Assembly: GCA_010093605.1 (NCBI GenBank) | Contig: MU004196.1 | Coordinates: 1,076,606 to 1,140,605 of the forward strand | DNA: 64,000 nucleotides | From: Lophium mytilinum | Taxonomy: Eukaryota | Reading direction: 5' to 3' | Shown here: in pieces, positions 37,734 through 50,661 of the stretch | How positions within the stretch are numbered: position 1 is the first letter of the stretch | Layout of the letters: each line of letters starts with the position of its first letter | Translations under genes and position numbers: made by a program | The notes under the pieces: model-generated | The model's database searches: none | What the model was told of the DNA's origin: nothing | Seen by the model: the letters and a program-made list of their open reading frames with translations, nothing else

Positions 37734-39085
37734 ATGAGACTTCCTCAGTAAAGTTCAACCATGACGGCAACTTCAGCCTGACCTGGTTCAAATTTGGCGA
37801 TATTCCTCCTTACGCCATTCTCTCGCACACATGGGTAGATGACAATGAATTTACTTTTGAAGAAATGACGACTAGAACCGGAAGAAACAGGGATGGCTAT
37901 AAAAAGATCCAGTTTTGCGGAGATCAAGCAAAGAAAGACGGTCTAGAGTACTTATGGGTAGACAGCTGTTGTGTCGACAATACTTTGAGTGCAGAATTAT
38001 CAGAAGCCATCAGTTCCATGTTCCGTTGGTATTCGGAGGCTACTATCTGTTACGTGTATCTGTCGGACTTGTCAGCCTTTGATGAGTCAGGTGATCCAAA
38101 GCCACACCTTCGCGGGCTACGATGGTTTCAGAGAGGATGGACACTTCAAGAGCTTATTGCGCCAAAGGAGGCGGTCTTCTTTACGGCTACTTGGAAGGCT
38201 ATTGGCACTAAGAAATCCCTATGTGGCGCTCTATCATCACTTACGGGAATTCCTTCTGGAGTTCTACTGCTCGAAGAAAGCCTTCATAATACAAGTAACG
38301 CCCAAAAGATGTCCTGGGCTTCAACTCGATCAACTACCAGGGAAGAGGACATGGCATACTAACTTCTCGGTCTTTTTGATACCAGCATGCCGCTCTTGTA
38401 TGGGGAAGGGGGTCGAAATGCTTTCCGTCGCCTTCAAGAAGAAATCATAAAAGTCTCAACCGAGGAGAGCATATTTGCCTGGCATGGAACGAATGAATAC
38501 CCTGGGGCATTGGCCGAATCACCCGCTGATTTTCATGGTATGGGAGATGTGAAGTTTCTCAATCCTATACTCGTAGTTCTAAACGACGAGTATTATGTGA
38601 CCAACAGGGGGCTGAGAATGCAGTTACCCATCAAAAATATCGAAAATGGCCAGTCTATTAGTCTCCTCGCTTGTACAGATGATACTGGTCGTCGAGGCAT
38701 GGGAATTCGTCGATACATGGGAATTTATCTATCCGAGGTTTCAACAACTGGAATTTACCTTCGCGAACACGAGCGCCCAATATTGGTAATTTATATCAGG
38801 CATGAATTCAAGATGAAGAAGATTCTGATTGCAGGAACTCGCTATAGGGAAAGCCTTGCACGTTATCCATTGGAACCGTATTCTACTGTGTCTCACAGCT
38901 GGTCTGACTTTCATGATGCAGAATTCATCTGGGAAGATTTGCAGGGACATAGTTGAGTTCCCAAGACCGATACTGAGCAATCTGATGACGAGGAGTCCGA
39001 TGACGAGGAATTTGATGAGGAATCAATACCAGGTCTTGATGCAAATTTGGGAATAGAGCCCTTCAAGGCGGATATGGTGGAGTAA
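37734..39085 (+). pseudogene. HET-domain (HET-E N-terminal type) gene, pseudogenised
   Basis: IPPYAILSHTW, GYKKIQFC, YLWVDSCCVD, AELSEAISSMFRWY, WFQRGWTLQELIAP, MSWASTRSTTREEDMAY*LLGLFDTSMPLLYGEG..AFRRLQEEI. Frameshift just after ATG 37734 and a premature TAA at 38360. The TGA at 38954 may also be premature, since an acidic tail reads on to 39085. Confidence 0.88.
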
Positions 39086-39229
39086 GCCATTTTGGCTGAG
39101 CCTTTTACCCGGAATGACGTCTACGACTTGTAGTAGGAACGAGGCTATTGCGCATTTACAGTGCTGCATATCTTCATCGATCCATTTGCGGACGCTAGGG
39201 CACGCTCCTTCCGCACGAAGTGAAGAGAA

Positions 39230-40150
39230 GTCAGATCGGTAAATCCCTTCAGATCCAGCGTCGAACCGGCGTCGAGTAACATCTTGACGACCAGGTCATC
39301 GCCTAGCAGAGCGCCGACATGAGGAGGAGTAATGCAAACTTTTCCAAGTATGTTTGGATCGGTATACTAGGATAGGGAATACTTCACAAGGTTTTCATGG
39401 CCTTGGAATGTTGCGACTGCTAGAGGTGAGATGGATCGAGTATGCAAAGATGGCACTGAATCCGCCAGTATCAGTCTTTGTAGGGGGCCCTCCGATTGGG
39501 ACCCGGTTTTGCGGCTTCAACGTCAAAGTCAAACCGGCGAATAGAGCCATCATAGGTGCTCATCGGTCTGTAGGAGGAGGCGTCTTTACTCACGGTATTT
39601 GAAATGCTTCTGCTCTCGTTGTTCTGGATGCTTGATTTGATCTGGTTAAGTGATTGTCTTGAACCTATCCCTATCTGCCTCATGTATGCTCGGTATAGGC
39701 CCAATCGAACTTACATGTGAGTAGGTGTAGCAGGTGATTGAGACTTTCATGCTCACTATCAAGATCTTTTGCATGCTCCTCGATCGTGCTGCGATTCCAC
39801 ATCTATCTGACCTTGCCGGCCGCTTTGGGTTGCCCCGTGGATCCACTCTTCCCTTTCGTCACGTGCTCTTCAATTCCGCTCACGACTGCTGTACAAATGG
39901 TAATCCTACTGTACAGGCAGTTCTTGACGTCCTCAGGGAGAGATTTGTTGCTAGGCTTGTCCAGTCATGTGGCAAGCTGTCTGGACGTCGTGTTCGTGAG
40001 CGCGATTTTCGAAATGAGTAGACCGTTGCTGTGCTCCGCCACTTTATACAGCACGCACAAGCCGTTCAAGTCCTTGATCAAGATGGGCAGTTTGACGCAG
40101 ATGTTTAAGCACGCGCTTGCGATGCTAACGGCCGATACTAGGTCCACAAT
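39230..40150 (-). pseudogene. HeLo-like fungal N-terminal domain plus ankyrin repeat gene remnant
   Basis: VDLVSAVSIASACLNICVKL..YKVAE..RQLAT*LD..CTAVVSGIE..GKVR*MWNRSTIEE..SLNHLLHLL has two in-frame stops and is followed by a GTAAGT donor. Downstream is the ankyrin-like GKVCITPPHVGALLGDDLVVKMLLDAG (~39265-39345). Confidence 0.6.
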
Positions 40151-42115
40151 TTTGTCTTCTTTTTTTCTTCTAAGGCGAAAACTTACAGCCTTGCGCTTTC
40201 AGCCTTGCGCGTTGTTCGTGAGTGGAGGCTGTATGTAAGCAAAAGCTTTCATATGCGAATTTATTTAGGTTCTAAGGACGCATAGAGGGGCTAGGATGCG
40301 CTAACAAGTTGAGAGGACGAGGTGATAGAAGGCTGTAGGACTTTAAGACGCGGCTTTTAAGAGCTGTAGATGGGCATTGAACCTCTACGAGACGCTACGC
40401 TACGATGAATAAGGTTTAGTGATAATAGTCAACGATAGCAATGCTTGCATTCGCCGCAATACTGTAGAACGGCGGGAGGCCAAAGCGACGCCCAGCCTTG
40501 CTTACCATAATATATTATGAAGCTTCAAGTTTTTGAATTTTAACCTCTCTATCATCATTAATCCGATCGTACGATGGATTGAAGTTGAAGAGTCAATAAC
40601 TCATCAGGCTTCGAAAATCCTCCGCGGTAACTGGCCTTATAATGGTGATTGGGAAGTAGCAACTCTGTAGAATAGATGCATACACGTTCCTACACCTAGC
40701 CATATATCAGTGAACGACCTCGCAACTCTAGGTTGATGAACAGACCTCGTACTATATGCCACAACGCGAAAACAATATAAGAAAACGCCCTACTACGCGG
40801 ATTTCCCCTAACTTAGTAAGAATACTAGCCTTGTGCCTGCTGTCTCGTAGACCTTTATAAGCAGCACGTAGGCCGTGCGGATGGAGGCTCCCATTCAAGT
40901 GTCTCTAATCCAGGATTGGAAGTAGCAGATATGAGCTGACGGGGAAGAGTGTGAACAAGAGCTGAGAGTTTGGGAGACAGACGAGATGATACGGATCAGA
41001 CCCACTTTTTTCGGACCGCCGACGTCCATCTGTCTCGACTCAGCTTTCTCCACGCCCCCGTCAACTCAGAAACTAGACAATCCGAACACCGTCTCATACG
41101 GTATCCACAAAAGAAAACCGAAGGCTAACAGCAGACTTCCCTAGCCAACAATCGACCTCAGGCACATACAACTCCAAGAAGCACGTTCCGCTCTCCGAAC
41201 GATTGATCAGGCATTTGGTAGACGGGGAACTTCGCAGAAGACCACCGTTCCAACCTACTGAGCACGAAACGTCAGTGTAAATTTGTTGTAAGATACGACG
41301 GCCCGCTTGTCGAGCATGTCTACGTATGAGCCCGGATTCTTCAGCGAAGCGTGTTGGTCTGTCTGACGAGGCTCTTGAAACGGATCATCAAATCGGTGAT
41401 TTGAAATGCCGGCTTACGAGTTGCTGGCCGAGCTTCTTCAAACTCCATTGCCCTTGCAGAGAAGTATAGCCAATTTTCATACGTCGGACCTCCGGTCAAC
41501 CCACAATTCAGTGCACCGTATGTGATTACTCGGAAGCGCAGTAGTAACCAAACGGTTCGGGCAGATTTGAGATACTCAAGCTCCACATTCAGCAACTATG
41601 ACGCTGTGTCCCTGCCTTTCCGCTTAAATCAATATGCCGCTACAATGAAGGTACCTGAGAAAATGGGCTAGTCACTGTCAGTACTGATTTTCGCGACAAC
41701 CTCGAAGAAGAATTTCGTAGAATTCTTTCAATCCTATTTGATTTCATTAGAAATTGTTTCAGGCGTCAATTCTACGGAGGCGGAATGCTATAGCATGCCC
41801 GCGTTTAGAGTGTAATACGTGGGCCTACAACAGCAACCTAACATGCCACGTCATGGCGAGGCGGAGACATGCTTCTTTCCCACAACGACCTCAAGCGGAC
41901 CCCGATGCGCGGCATGAACGAAGTTCTCCGATCCGTCGTTGCGGAGGGCATTGGCCACGCCTACAATGGTATATATCCTTTTACATCTTTACCTCAATAG
42001 CTCTCCAGAACACACATTCACTTCCTTTCACACTACGCAAGTCAACTCCAAAAGCCAATCTTCCTTCAGTCTCAAAAAGCCGCCTCACTTATTAAAAGCC
42101 CTCCAATCTTTCAAG

Positions 42116-42511
42116 ATGCGCTTCTCCATCCTTACCGTTGCTGCTTTCGTTGGAGCTTCCATGGCCCTCCCAAACATGCTGGACCGACGAATCGTTTTCA
42201 CGTGTCCCGCGGACAATATCTACGCAGTGTGCTGCCCCTCCACCCCAGGAGGTCTCCCAACGATCACGTCCGATGTTGGCTGTATGTTTCCACACGACCT
42301 CGCCATTAAAGGACCATTTACTAACCACTGCGCTAGGCAACGCTGCAGCAGCTGTGAGCGACAGCAGTTGCGCTGTTAGAGTATGCTGTGACAGCATCGC
42401 AACCGAGAAGGTAGACTAATTGAGCTCTCGAACTGCGACAATTTTGCTAAAATACTCTGATAGGTTGATGGCGGGCGGGTCTCGACCGGAACTGACTGTG
42501 TTCTAGCATAG
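42116..42511 (+). CDS. Hydrophobin-like small secreted protein (8 Cys); 3 exons
   Basis: Signal peptide MRFSILTVAAFVGASMA and a DRR Kex2-like site. After removing two introns (GTATGT..CTAAC..TAG; GTAGAC..TAG) the Cys pattern is C-X8-CC-X15-C-X10-C-X4-CC-X18-C. Confidence 0.8.
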
Positions 42512-42815
42512 ACAGGAGGATAGGATGGCATTTGGAGTCGTCCGAAGGCGTGTATGGGAATGTGGGCTGGCCCGTTGTACCAATCGTCGCGTTGTACTTT
42601 TACTCTTTAGATGAGATCAAGAACCAAGTACTCAGGAAGTACTTGTCCTTGTTTGACTGCTTCAATCCAAATGCTCCTGTCAAGAAACAATTAAGTGGTC
42701 GTGAAAGAGTGACTCAAGCGGGCTTTATACGAAATCAACCGCACCGCGTCCTTCCGAATGGCCAATGCCCTTTTGCTACATGCACGACCACTCACCCTGC
42801 AAGTCTTTCAACATA

Positions 42816-43041
42816 CCGTATACTTTCGCAACAGTGAGACGCCTCTCTTGGCACGCTATCTCAAGCATGAATTTTCGGCGTATCAGATTAACGCCAGCGA
42901 CTTGAATTGTGGGCCACCCGCCCCTGAGCCAGTCTGACAACTCCGCTAGGAGTCCGCTAGGATCCACCTCGAACGCTCTTTAGTTTAGGGGATCGACTAG
43001 CAGTGCCAAGCCTGGCGTCTCACTGTTGCAAAAGTATACGG
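42816..43041. mobile_element. MITE of Tc1/mariner-pogo type; 226 bp, 28-bp TIRs, TA target duplication
   Basis: ta|CCGTATACTTTCGCAACAGTGAGACGCC ... GGCGTCTCACTGTTGCAAAAGTATACGG|ta, one mismatch between the TIRs; no transposase. Confidence 0.85.
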
Positions 43042-43660
43042 TATTGTAAGTAGCTCGCGTGCTTACTTAAAGGACCAACTCTTCTAGATTCTAAAATATT
43101 TAGAGTTAATACTAGGCCTATAGGAATAAAGCAAGATGCTAATACTCTAAGTAAGAGATAGCACTACTTAATAAAGAAGTGTTATTAATATTATCAAATT
43201 CTATTATACTAGTATAGCTTCTATTAGACTATATATTGCTATTCTATCTAGATAGTTTTATTAGAGAAACTACTTACTACTATAGAGAACTAGAAGCTTT
43301 CTCTATTACTATATAGCTATAGGGGATATATAGTAGCTCTTTAAGTCTACTATAAGATAAGCTGATATATTATATTACTCTAAATCCTTTAGATGTACAG
43401 GTATAGCTCTAGGTTCTAGATAGATTAATTTCTAGTATTTAAGCTAGTCTAGAATTAGTATAAGATTATATAAGGCTTTACAGTCTATATATACTATATC
43501 CTAAGATATATACTAATATATAGATATTTCTAATATGCTTCCTAGCTAAAATAACTTACTAAGTAATTAGTATAATAGATATCTAGCTATATATACCTCT
43601 CTATATAATTTAGTGTACTATGATAAAAGCTCTAATAAGGTCTTTAGTTAGGTAGCTAAA

Positions 43661-43710
43661 CGTTAAAGGTATGGATTTAATGAAAGAATAGATAGACAGA
43701 TAAATGGATG

Positions 43711-43779
<69 letters not shown>

Positions 43780-44057
43780 GAATTATACTACTTAAGTTCT
43801 ATTCTACACCAATAGTAATGGAGTTATATGTATATACTATTTAATGTATTATATAACGTTTCTCTAATATTCTTGTAACGCTATCTAATGTTTATTACAT
43901 TATATTTAAATGTTTATAGTTTTGTCCCGTTTAAAGGCTTTTAAGCCTATTATGCGTAAGGATACAACGCTGATACTATTATAAAACCTATACAATGCTT
44001 TAAGTATTATATGCTTAATCTATATATTTATTCTTAAATAGATAGAGAGATAGATAA

Positions 44058-44094
<37 letters not shown>

Positions 44095-44440
44095 ATCTCT
44101 TTATGTAAAAAGGTTTTTCTATCTATTCATATACTTATCTATTTATGTAATAAAGCCCTTTTTATCTATCTATATTTTTGTTTAGAATCTAATCTTATAT
44201 AGTCTTCTATTTTAGTAAAACTACTTGCTACTAATAGTTTAGTAAGTATATTAGCTATTCGTTTCTTAGTATTAAGCTAAGCTAGTTTTATTAATCCATT
44301 TTAAATATCTTCTCTTATAAAGTAGTATTGTATATTATATATCTAGTTTTTAAGTAATATTTAGAATTAACACCTAATTCTATATAGCTGATTAACTCTC
44401 TGTAAATAGGTAGAAATCTTCTATATTAATAATATTAAGT
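43661..44440 (-). mobile_element. Truncated copia copy: 3' LTR (43661-43994) plus adjacent RNase H-end internal sequence
   Basis: Reverse-complement LTR followed by sequence matching the reverse complement of ~49930-50397 (PPT region and pol end). Confidence 0.8.
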
Positions 44441-44446
44441 TGTTTT

Positions 44447-45112
44447 TACTAAAGGTATAGAGTTAATGTTAAAATAGATAGATAGATAGATAGGAATTAT
44501 ATTACTTAAGTTCTATTCTATATTAACAGCAACGGAGTTGTATATATACAGCATTTAATGCATTAGAAAACATTTCTCTAACCTTCTTGTAATGTTATCT
44601 AGCGCTTGTTATATTACGTTTAAACGCCCACAGTTTTATCCCGTTTAAAGGCTTTTAAGCCTATTATGTATTAGAACAAGAATAAGTAATATATTCCTTT
44701 TTTTTATATCTATCTATTTATGTATTTATCTATGTATGTAAATAGATAGATTCTATATATGTATACTTTATTTCTTTATTTTAACAAGAGACTCTTTATT
44801 CTCTTTATTTAACATAAAGCTTTCTTTTACAGTTAAAAGGCCCTTTGTTTTACAAAGAGGCTTTATACTAATAAAAAGACGCTAGCTCTTTATTAATATA
44901 AAGAGTACGTTCCAATAAAGGAACTTTAGGTATATTAGCCTGCTGCCCCATCTATAGAACTGTGGAACGTAGAGTTATAATTACTTAGTACAAGCCTGCT
45001 CATGTTAGCAAGCTACAACTACTATAATCTTATTAACCTTTACTATCACGTGCCTTATATACCTTAATATTATGCGTAAGGATATAACGCTTATACTACT
45101 ACAAAACTTCTA
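44447..45112 (-). mobile_element. Copia LTR interrupted by a nested 401-bp insert (44669-45069; TSD TTATG), probably a solo LTR of another family
   Basis: The LTR text ...aagcctattatg|cgtaagg is split, with TTATG at 44664-44668 and 45070-45074. The insert ends tattag...ttaata, consistent with RIPed TG...CA termini. Confidence 0.75.
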
Positions 45113-45338
45113 GCTAGTATACTTATTAAGTATATATTCTCTCTTTAATTTTCTTTTAATGTTATATATTTAGATTTACCACTAGATGGTACTATTTACG
45201 GTATTCTTAAAGACTAGAGCCTCTATTAGTCTTAAATTTAACTAAGAAATAGTTTATATAAGTAAGTATTAGAGTACAGTATACTATAAACTTAAGATTA
45301 AGTATAAGCTTAGTCCTACATTCTACCCCTAAACTAAT

Positions 45339-48300
45339 TGTAAGGATTACAATAGCATAAGCGTTATATCCTTACGCATAATAGGCTTAAAAGCCTTCAA
45401 ACGGGACGAAACCGTGAGCGTTTAAACGTGATACAACAAACGTTAGATAACGTTACAAGAACGTTAGAGAAACGTTTTACAATGCATTAAATGCTGTATA
45501 TATACAACTCCGTTGCTGTTGATGTAGAATAGAACTCAAGCAATACAATTCCTATCTATCTATCCATCCATCTATTCTCCCATCGACTCTATACCTTTAA
45601 CAGGTTATGAGCTCGGATCGCACCACGCAATCTACAGCTATACAAAGCACCAACGGGCAGGTTCCATCTCAAAATCAACCAGATATCGATCAAAATCATC
45701 CAAATCAACAAAATATCAACGAGAATCATCCAAATCAACTAAATATTGGACGAAAACGACGCTGTTTACCATCTCGTTTACCATCACCAGCATATGAACC
45801 TACTACACCACCGTACGAGTGGTTTCAAGCTCAAAACGAAGCCGAAATAGCCGAAAACGAAGCCGAAATTAAAGAAGAGGACGAAGTTATCGACTATAAA
45901 CCCGCCATATAACAGCTGGAACGCAATCTAGAATTGCAAATCCATCACAAACAAAATCAGACTAAAGAAATTCATATTTACCATCACGAAGCTTCTATAA
46001 GCTTATATCACGTCATAAACCACGCAATTAACCTTCTAACCTCTATTATCTATCACGTATTAAATCCAGATACTCCAGATCAGATTATAACCTTTTATCC
46101 TATCATCTCATCCAACACAAGAAGATAAATCGATTAAAAATCGAAATATTTCTCTTTCTATCTATCTATCTATTCATCAAATACATAGATACATAGAATT
46201 CATCTATCTATCTATTCGCCAAATACATAGATAGATAGAAATCTATGTATTTAAACAAAAATCCATAGATATATAGAAATCCATCTATTTATCTATCTAT
46301 CTATCTGCCTAACGGGCTATCTATCTATCTATTCAATCTAAAATAGATAAAATCAGTATTACCAAGCTAGTTGGTCAATCTAACTACAAAGTTTAGGCTC
46401 TAAGAGTACAATCTCTCTTAGTAGAAAAAAGTTATAGTAATGCTATTAGCAGCACTACTCCTATTCCTATTAATAAGGAAAATAATGCAAAAGCATTAGC
46501 CACTATTAGGCTTACTATAGAGGATGGTCCTCTATTACAATTACAGTATTCTGCTACTGCAATAGAAGCTTGGAAGCTACTAAAGAAGCTATATAGCCCA
46601 AAGGGCTTTAGTTCTAAATTCCTTATTTATAAGGAGCTGTTTAATACTGTTTTATCTAAGTTTTCAACTATAGAAGATTACTTAAATAAGATAAAACAGT
46701 TAATAGATTAATTAAAAGCGAAAAAGCTTAAATTACCAAATCAAGTTATTGTAGCCTGGGTTTTAAATAACCTAACAATGGTTACGCAATCCTATAGGGA
46801 AAATTCATCTAATATTAAATTAGATGATTTATTCTCTAATTTAATGGACGAAGCAAGAAGACAAGAGTCTAAAGAGCACAAAACGGCTCTATTTAATAGA
46901 ACTAAAAAGTTCTTGCCTAAAAATAAGAATAGAATAGAAAAACAATACTGTAAGAAGTGCAAAACAGCTACGCACCCTACAAAAGATTGTTTCTATCTAT
47001 TTCCAGAAAGGGCACCAAAATGGTTTAGAACTAAAGAGTATTTTGAACCACTAAAAGATAAGGAAGAATCCTTAATTACAGAGGAATCTAACCCTAATAA
47101 TTAGGGAGATTTTGATATAGATCTAGATGCAGCTGAAGTAAAGGTATTTCTAGCATCCCATTATACCCCTAATAACGAAGCTAATTATATATTAGACTCC
47201 GGGAGCATAAGCCATATAATAGTAGATAAAAAGCTATTTACTAGCTATAAAGAATAAGCTACTATATTAAATTAGGGAGAAAATAAAACTACAACCGTAG
47301 AAGGTGTAGGAAATGTACAATTAAAACTAAATGGGAATATATTTATACTAGAAAAGTGCCTTTTTATACCTAACTTTAGATATAATCTAATATCTATAAG
47401 TAAATTAGATTCTGTAGGAATAAACGTTACGTTTAAGAATAAAACAGCTATTATATATAAAAAGAATAATATACTAGCAACAGCATCGCTTAAAAACTCT
47501 TTATACTATATAAATATAGAAAATACAACGCTTTTTATAAACTAAATACATAAATAGATAGATAAAAGCGATTTGACAAATACATACATAGATAGAAATA
47601 ATCTATCTATTTAGCACTAAAGAATGGGCCATATAAGCTCTAGAAAGCTTAGTATACTATTAGGTATAAATATAAAAGAACCTATATAATGCGAAGCCTG
47701 TATAAAAGCTAAAATAATAAAAAATAAGAGAAATAAGAAAATAACACTAAAAACGGTAATTCCTTTATAAAAAGTCTCTTTAGATTTAGCAGGGCCTATA
47801 AATCCACCTAGTTTAGGGGGTAATAAATACGTTATCTTCTTTANNNNNNNNNNNNNNNNNNNNNNNNNNNNNNNNNNNNNNNNNNNNNNNNNNNNNNNNN
47901 NNNNNNNNNNNNNNNNNNNNNNNNNNNNNNNNNNNNNNNNNNNNNNNNNNNNNNNNNNNNNNNNNNNNNNNNNNNNNNNNNNNNNNNNNNNNNNNNNNNN
48001 NNNNNNNNNNNNNNNNNNNNNNNNNNNNNNNNNNNNNNNNNNNNNNNNNNNNNNNNNNNNNNNNNNNNNNNNNNNNNNNNNNNNNNNNNNNNNNNNNNNN
48101 NNNNNNNNNNNNNNNNNNATTATAAGGTTAAAACGCAAATAACTAAATTAGAACTAAGAGCTAAAAAGGCTATAGTATTAGGCTATAGTTTAAATGCGTA
48201 TAGACTATTAGATATAGAAACTAAAAAGATCTTTTGGGCAAGAGATGTATCTATAATAGAAGGCTTCCTTAATAAAAGGAATAAAAACAACGACGTTAAT

Positions 48301-50661
48301 AAAAAGGGAAATACTTTAGAATATGTTATTAATATAGAGCCACTAAAAGATAATACTATAAGTAATAATACTATAAGTAATACTATAAGTAATAATACTA
48401 TAAGTAGTAATAATTTAATAATAGATAAAAGCTCTAAAGATGAATTAGCTTTAAAACTATCTAAAAATCTATCTATTTAAAGATATACATAGAATCTAAA
48501 TTTAATAAATAGATATATAGATGGAAATTAATTATCTACAAATATATATATAGATAGAAACTAAACTTAATTATCTATAAATATATACATAGATAATCTA
48601 TCTAAAGATGAATTGGCCTTTATTATTAATAATAATAATAAGCTAATTACATATAAATAAGCTATAGAATCTCCTTATAATAATAAGTGGAAAGAAGCTA
48701 TATAAATAGAAATAGACTAGCTTACTAAGTAAAATACCTGGGAGTTAGTAGACTTACTAGTAAATAGAAATGCGTTAAAAGGACGCTGGGTTTATAAAAT
48801 TAAAACCAATATAGATAATAATATATCTAAATATAAGGCAAGATAGGTAGTAAAAGGTTTTAGCCAAGTCTACGGCGTAGATTATAAAGAAACCTTTACT
48901 AATACCTGCCGCCTAGAAGTATATAGGCTATTACTTATATTAGCTACTTATTATAACTAGGAAATAATATAATAGGACTTTAAAAACGCATTTATGCATG
49001 TAGACTTAGATAAAGAACTATACATGGAACAACTACATGGTTTTAATAGAAATAATAAAGTCTATAAGCTAAATAAAGCATTATACAGCTTAAAACAGTC
49101 CCCTAGATAATGGTATATCTATTTAGCTATATATTTAGAAAAGTACGGGTTTAAAAGTACTATTGTAGAGCAGGCAGTATTTAAAAATAAAAATATAATA
49201 ATAGTCTGCTACGTAGATAATTTATTAGTATTTGGCCTAAATATAAAAGATATAGAAAATCTACAATTAAAACTAAGTAAAGACTTAGAATTAATAAACT
49301 TAGGGCCTATATCCTATTTTCTAGGCATGGAAATTATATGTAATAGAAAAGAAAGAATACTATTACTAAGCTAGAAAAAATATATAAAAAGTCTATTAAA
49401 AAGATTTAATAAAGAGAAACTAAATCCCGTATCTATACTAGGAGAAATAGGTATAAAACTAGAGAAAAATAATAAACAGGCATTAAAAGAAGATATAAAA
49501 CTATACTAGCAATAAGTTAGTAGTCTTATCTATCTATCTATAAAGATAAGGCTAGATATAGCCTATAGCGTAAATCTATACGCTTAATTTATATTAAATC
49601 CTAGTTCTATTCACTTTAAAGCCTTAGAAAGGATCTGGAAATACTTATTATATAAGCCTACGCATGGAATTAGCGTCAAATTTTCTCCTAGTAATCCAGC
49701 ACCCTATTTATTAGGATATTCTAATGCAGATTACGGGGGTGATATAATAGGAAGAAAATCTACTATAGGATATTACTTTTCCTATGGAAAAACACCTATT
49801 AGCTAGAATAGTAAACTACAGAAATCTATAGCACTATCTAGTTGCGAAGCTAAATATATGGCTTTAAAAGAAACTATAAAAGAATATATATACTTAAAAA
49901 GTATATTAAAATAACTTAATATGAAAATATAGAAGACTTCTATCTATTTACAGATAGTTAATTAGCTATAGAATTAGCTAATAATTCTAAACACCACTTA
50001 AAAACTAAATATATAGATATATAATATTATTTTATAAGAGAAAACGTTTAAAATAGATTAATAAAGCTAGCCTACCTTAATACTAAGGAGCAAATAGCTA
50101 ATATATTTACTAAACCATTAGTAGGAAGTAGTTTTACTAAAATAGTAGACTATATAAGATTAGACACTAAATAGATACATAGATACATAGATATATAGAT
50201 ATAACTCTATTGCGCAAATACATAGATACATAGATTTTATCTATCTATCTATCTATCTATCTATGCAAAGAAGAAGAAAAAATTCTATCTATCTATCTCT
50301 CTATCTATCTGTCTATCTATCTATCTCTCTATCTATCTATCTCTCTATCTATTTGAAAAAGAATATACAAAATAAGCATATAACGCTTAAGGGAGTGTGT
50401 AAGAATTACAATAGTATAAGCGTTATATCCTTACGCATAATAGGCTTAAAAGCCTTTAAACGGGACAAAACTGTAAGCGTTTAAACGTGATATAATAAAC
50501 GTTAGATAACGTTATAAGAACGTTAAAGAAATGTTTTATAATGCATTAAATGCTGTATATATACAACTCCGTTGCTATTAATATAGAATAGAACTTAAGT
50601 AATACAATTCCTATCTATCTATCCATCTATTTATTCTCCTATTAACTCTATACCTTTAACA
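45339..50661 (+). mobile_element. Full-length Ty1/copia LTR retrotransposon, RIP-inactivated
   Basis: 264-bp LTRs (45339-45602, 50398-50661) with TG..CA ends and TSD CTAAT on both sides. PBS GGTTATGAGC; PPT aagggag. Gag from ~46343 (DKISITKLVGQSNYKV*ALR; CKKCKTATHPTKDC knuckle), protease ILDSG, integrase region (partly N gap), RT GRWVYKIK/YKAR/YVDN and RNase H YSNADYGGD in copia order. Many TAG/TAA stops. Confidence 0.95.

Noticed and set aside
38360..38362. Premature stop in the HET gene as an A-to-I editing-correctable codon
   Set aside because: The codon is TAA at a position normally Cys/Ser rather than Trp, and the gene also has a frameshift; ordinary decay is simpler.
50263..50484. ORFs such as SIYLSIYL here and at 54672..54986
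   Set aside because: They are translations of (TATC)n/(TATCTATT)n microsatellites.
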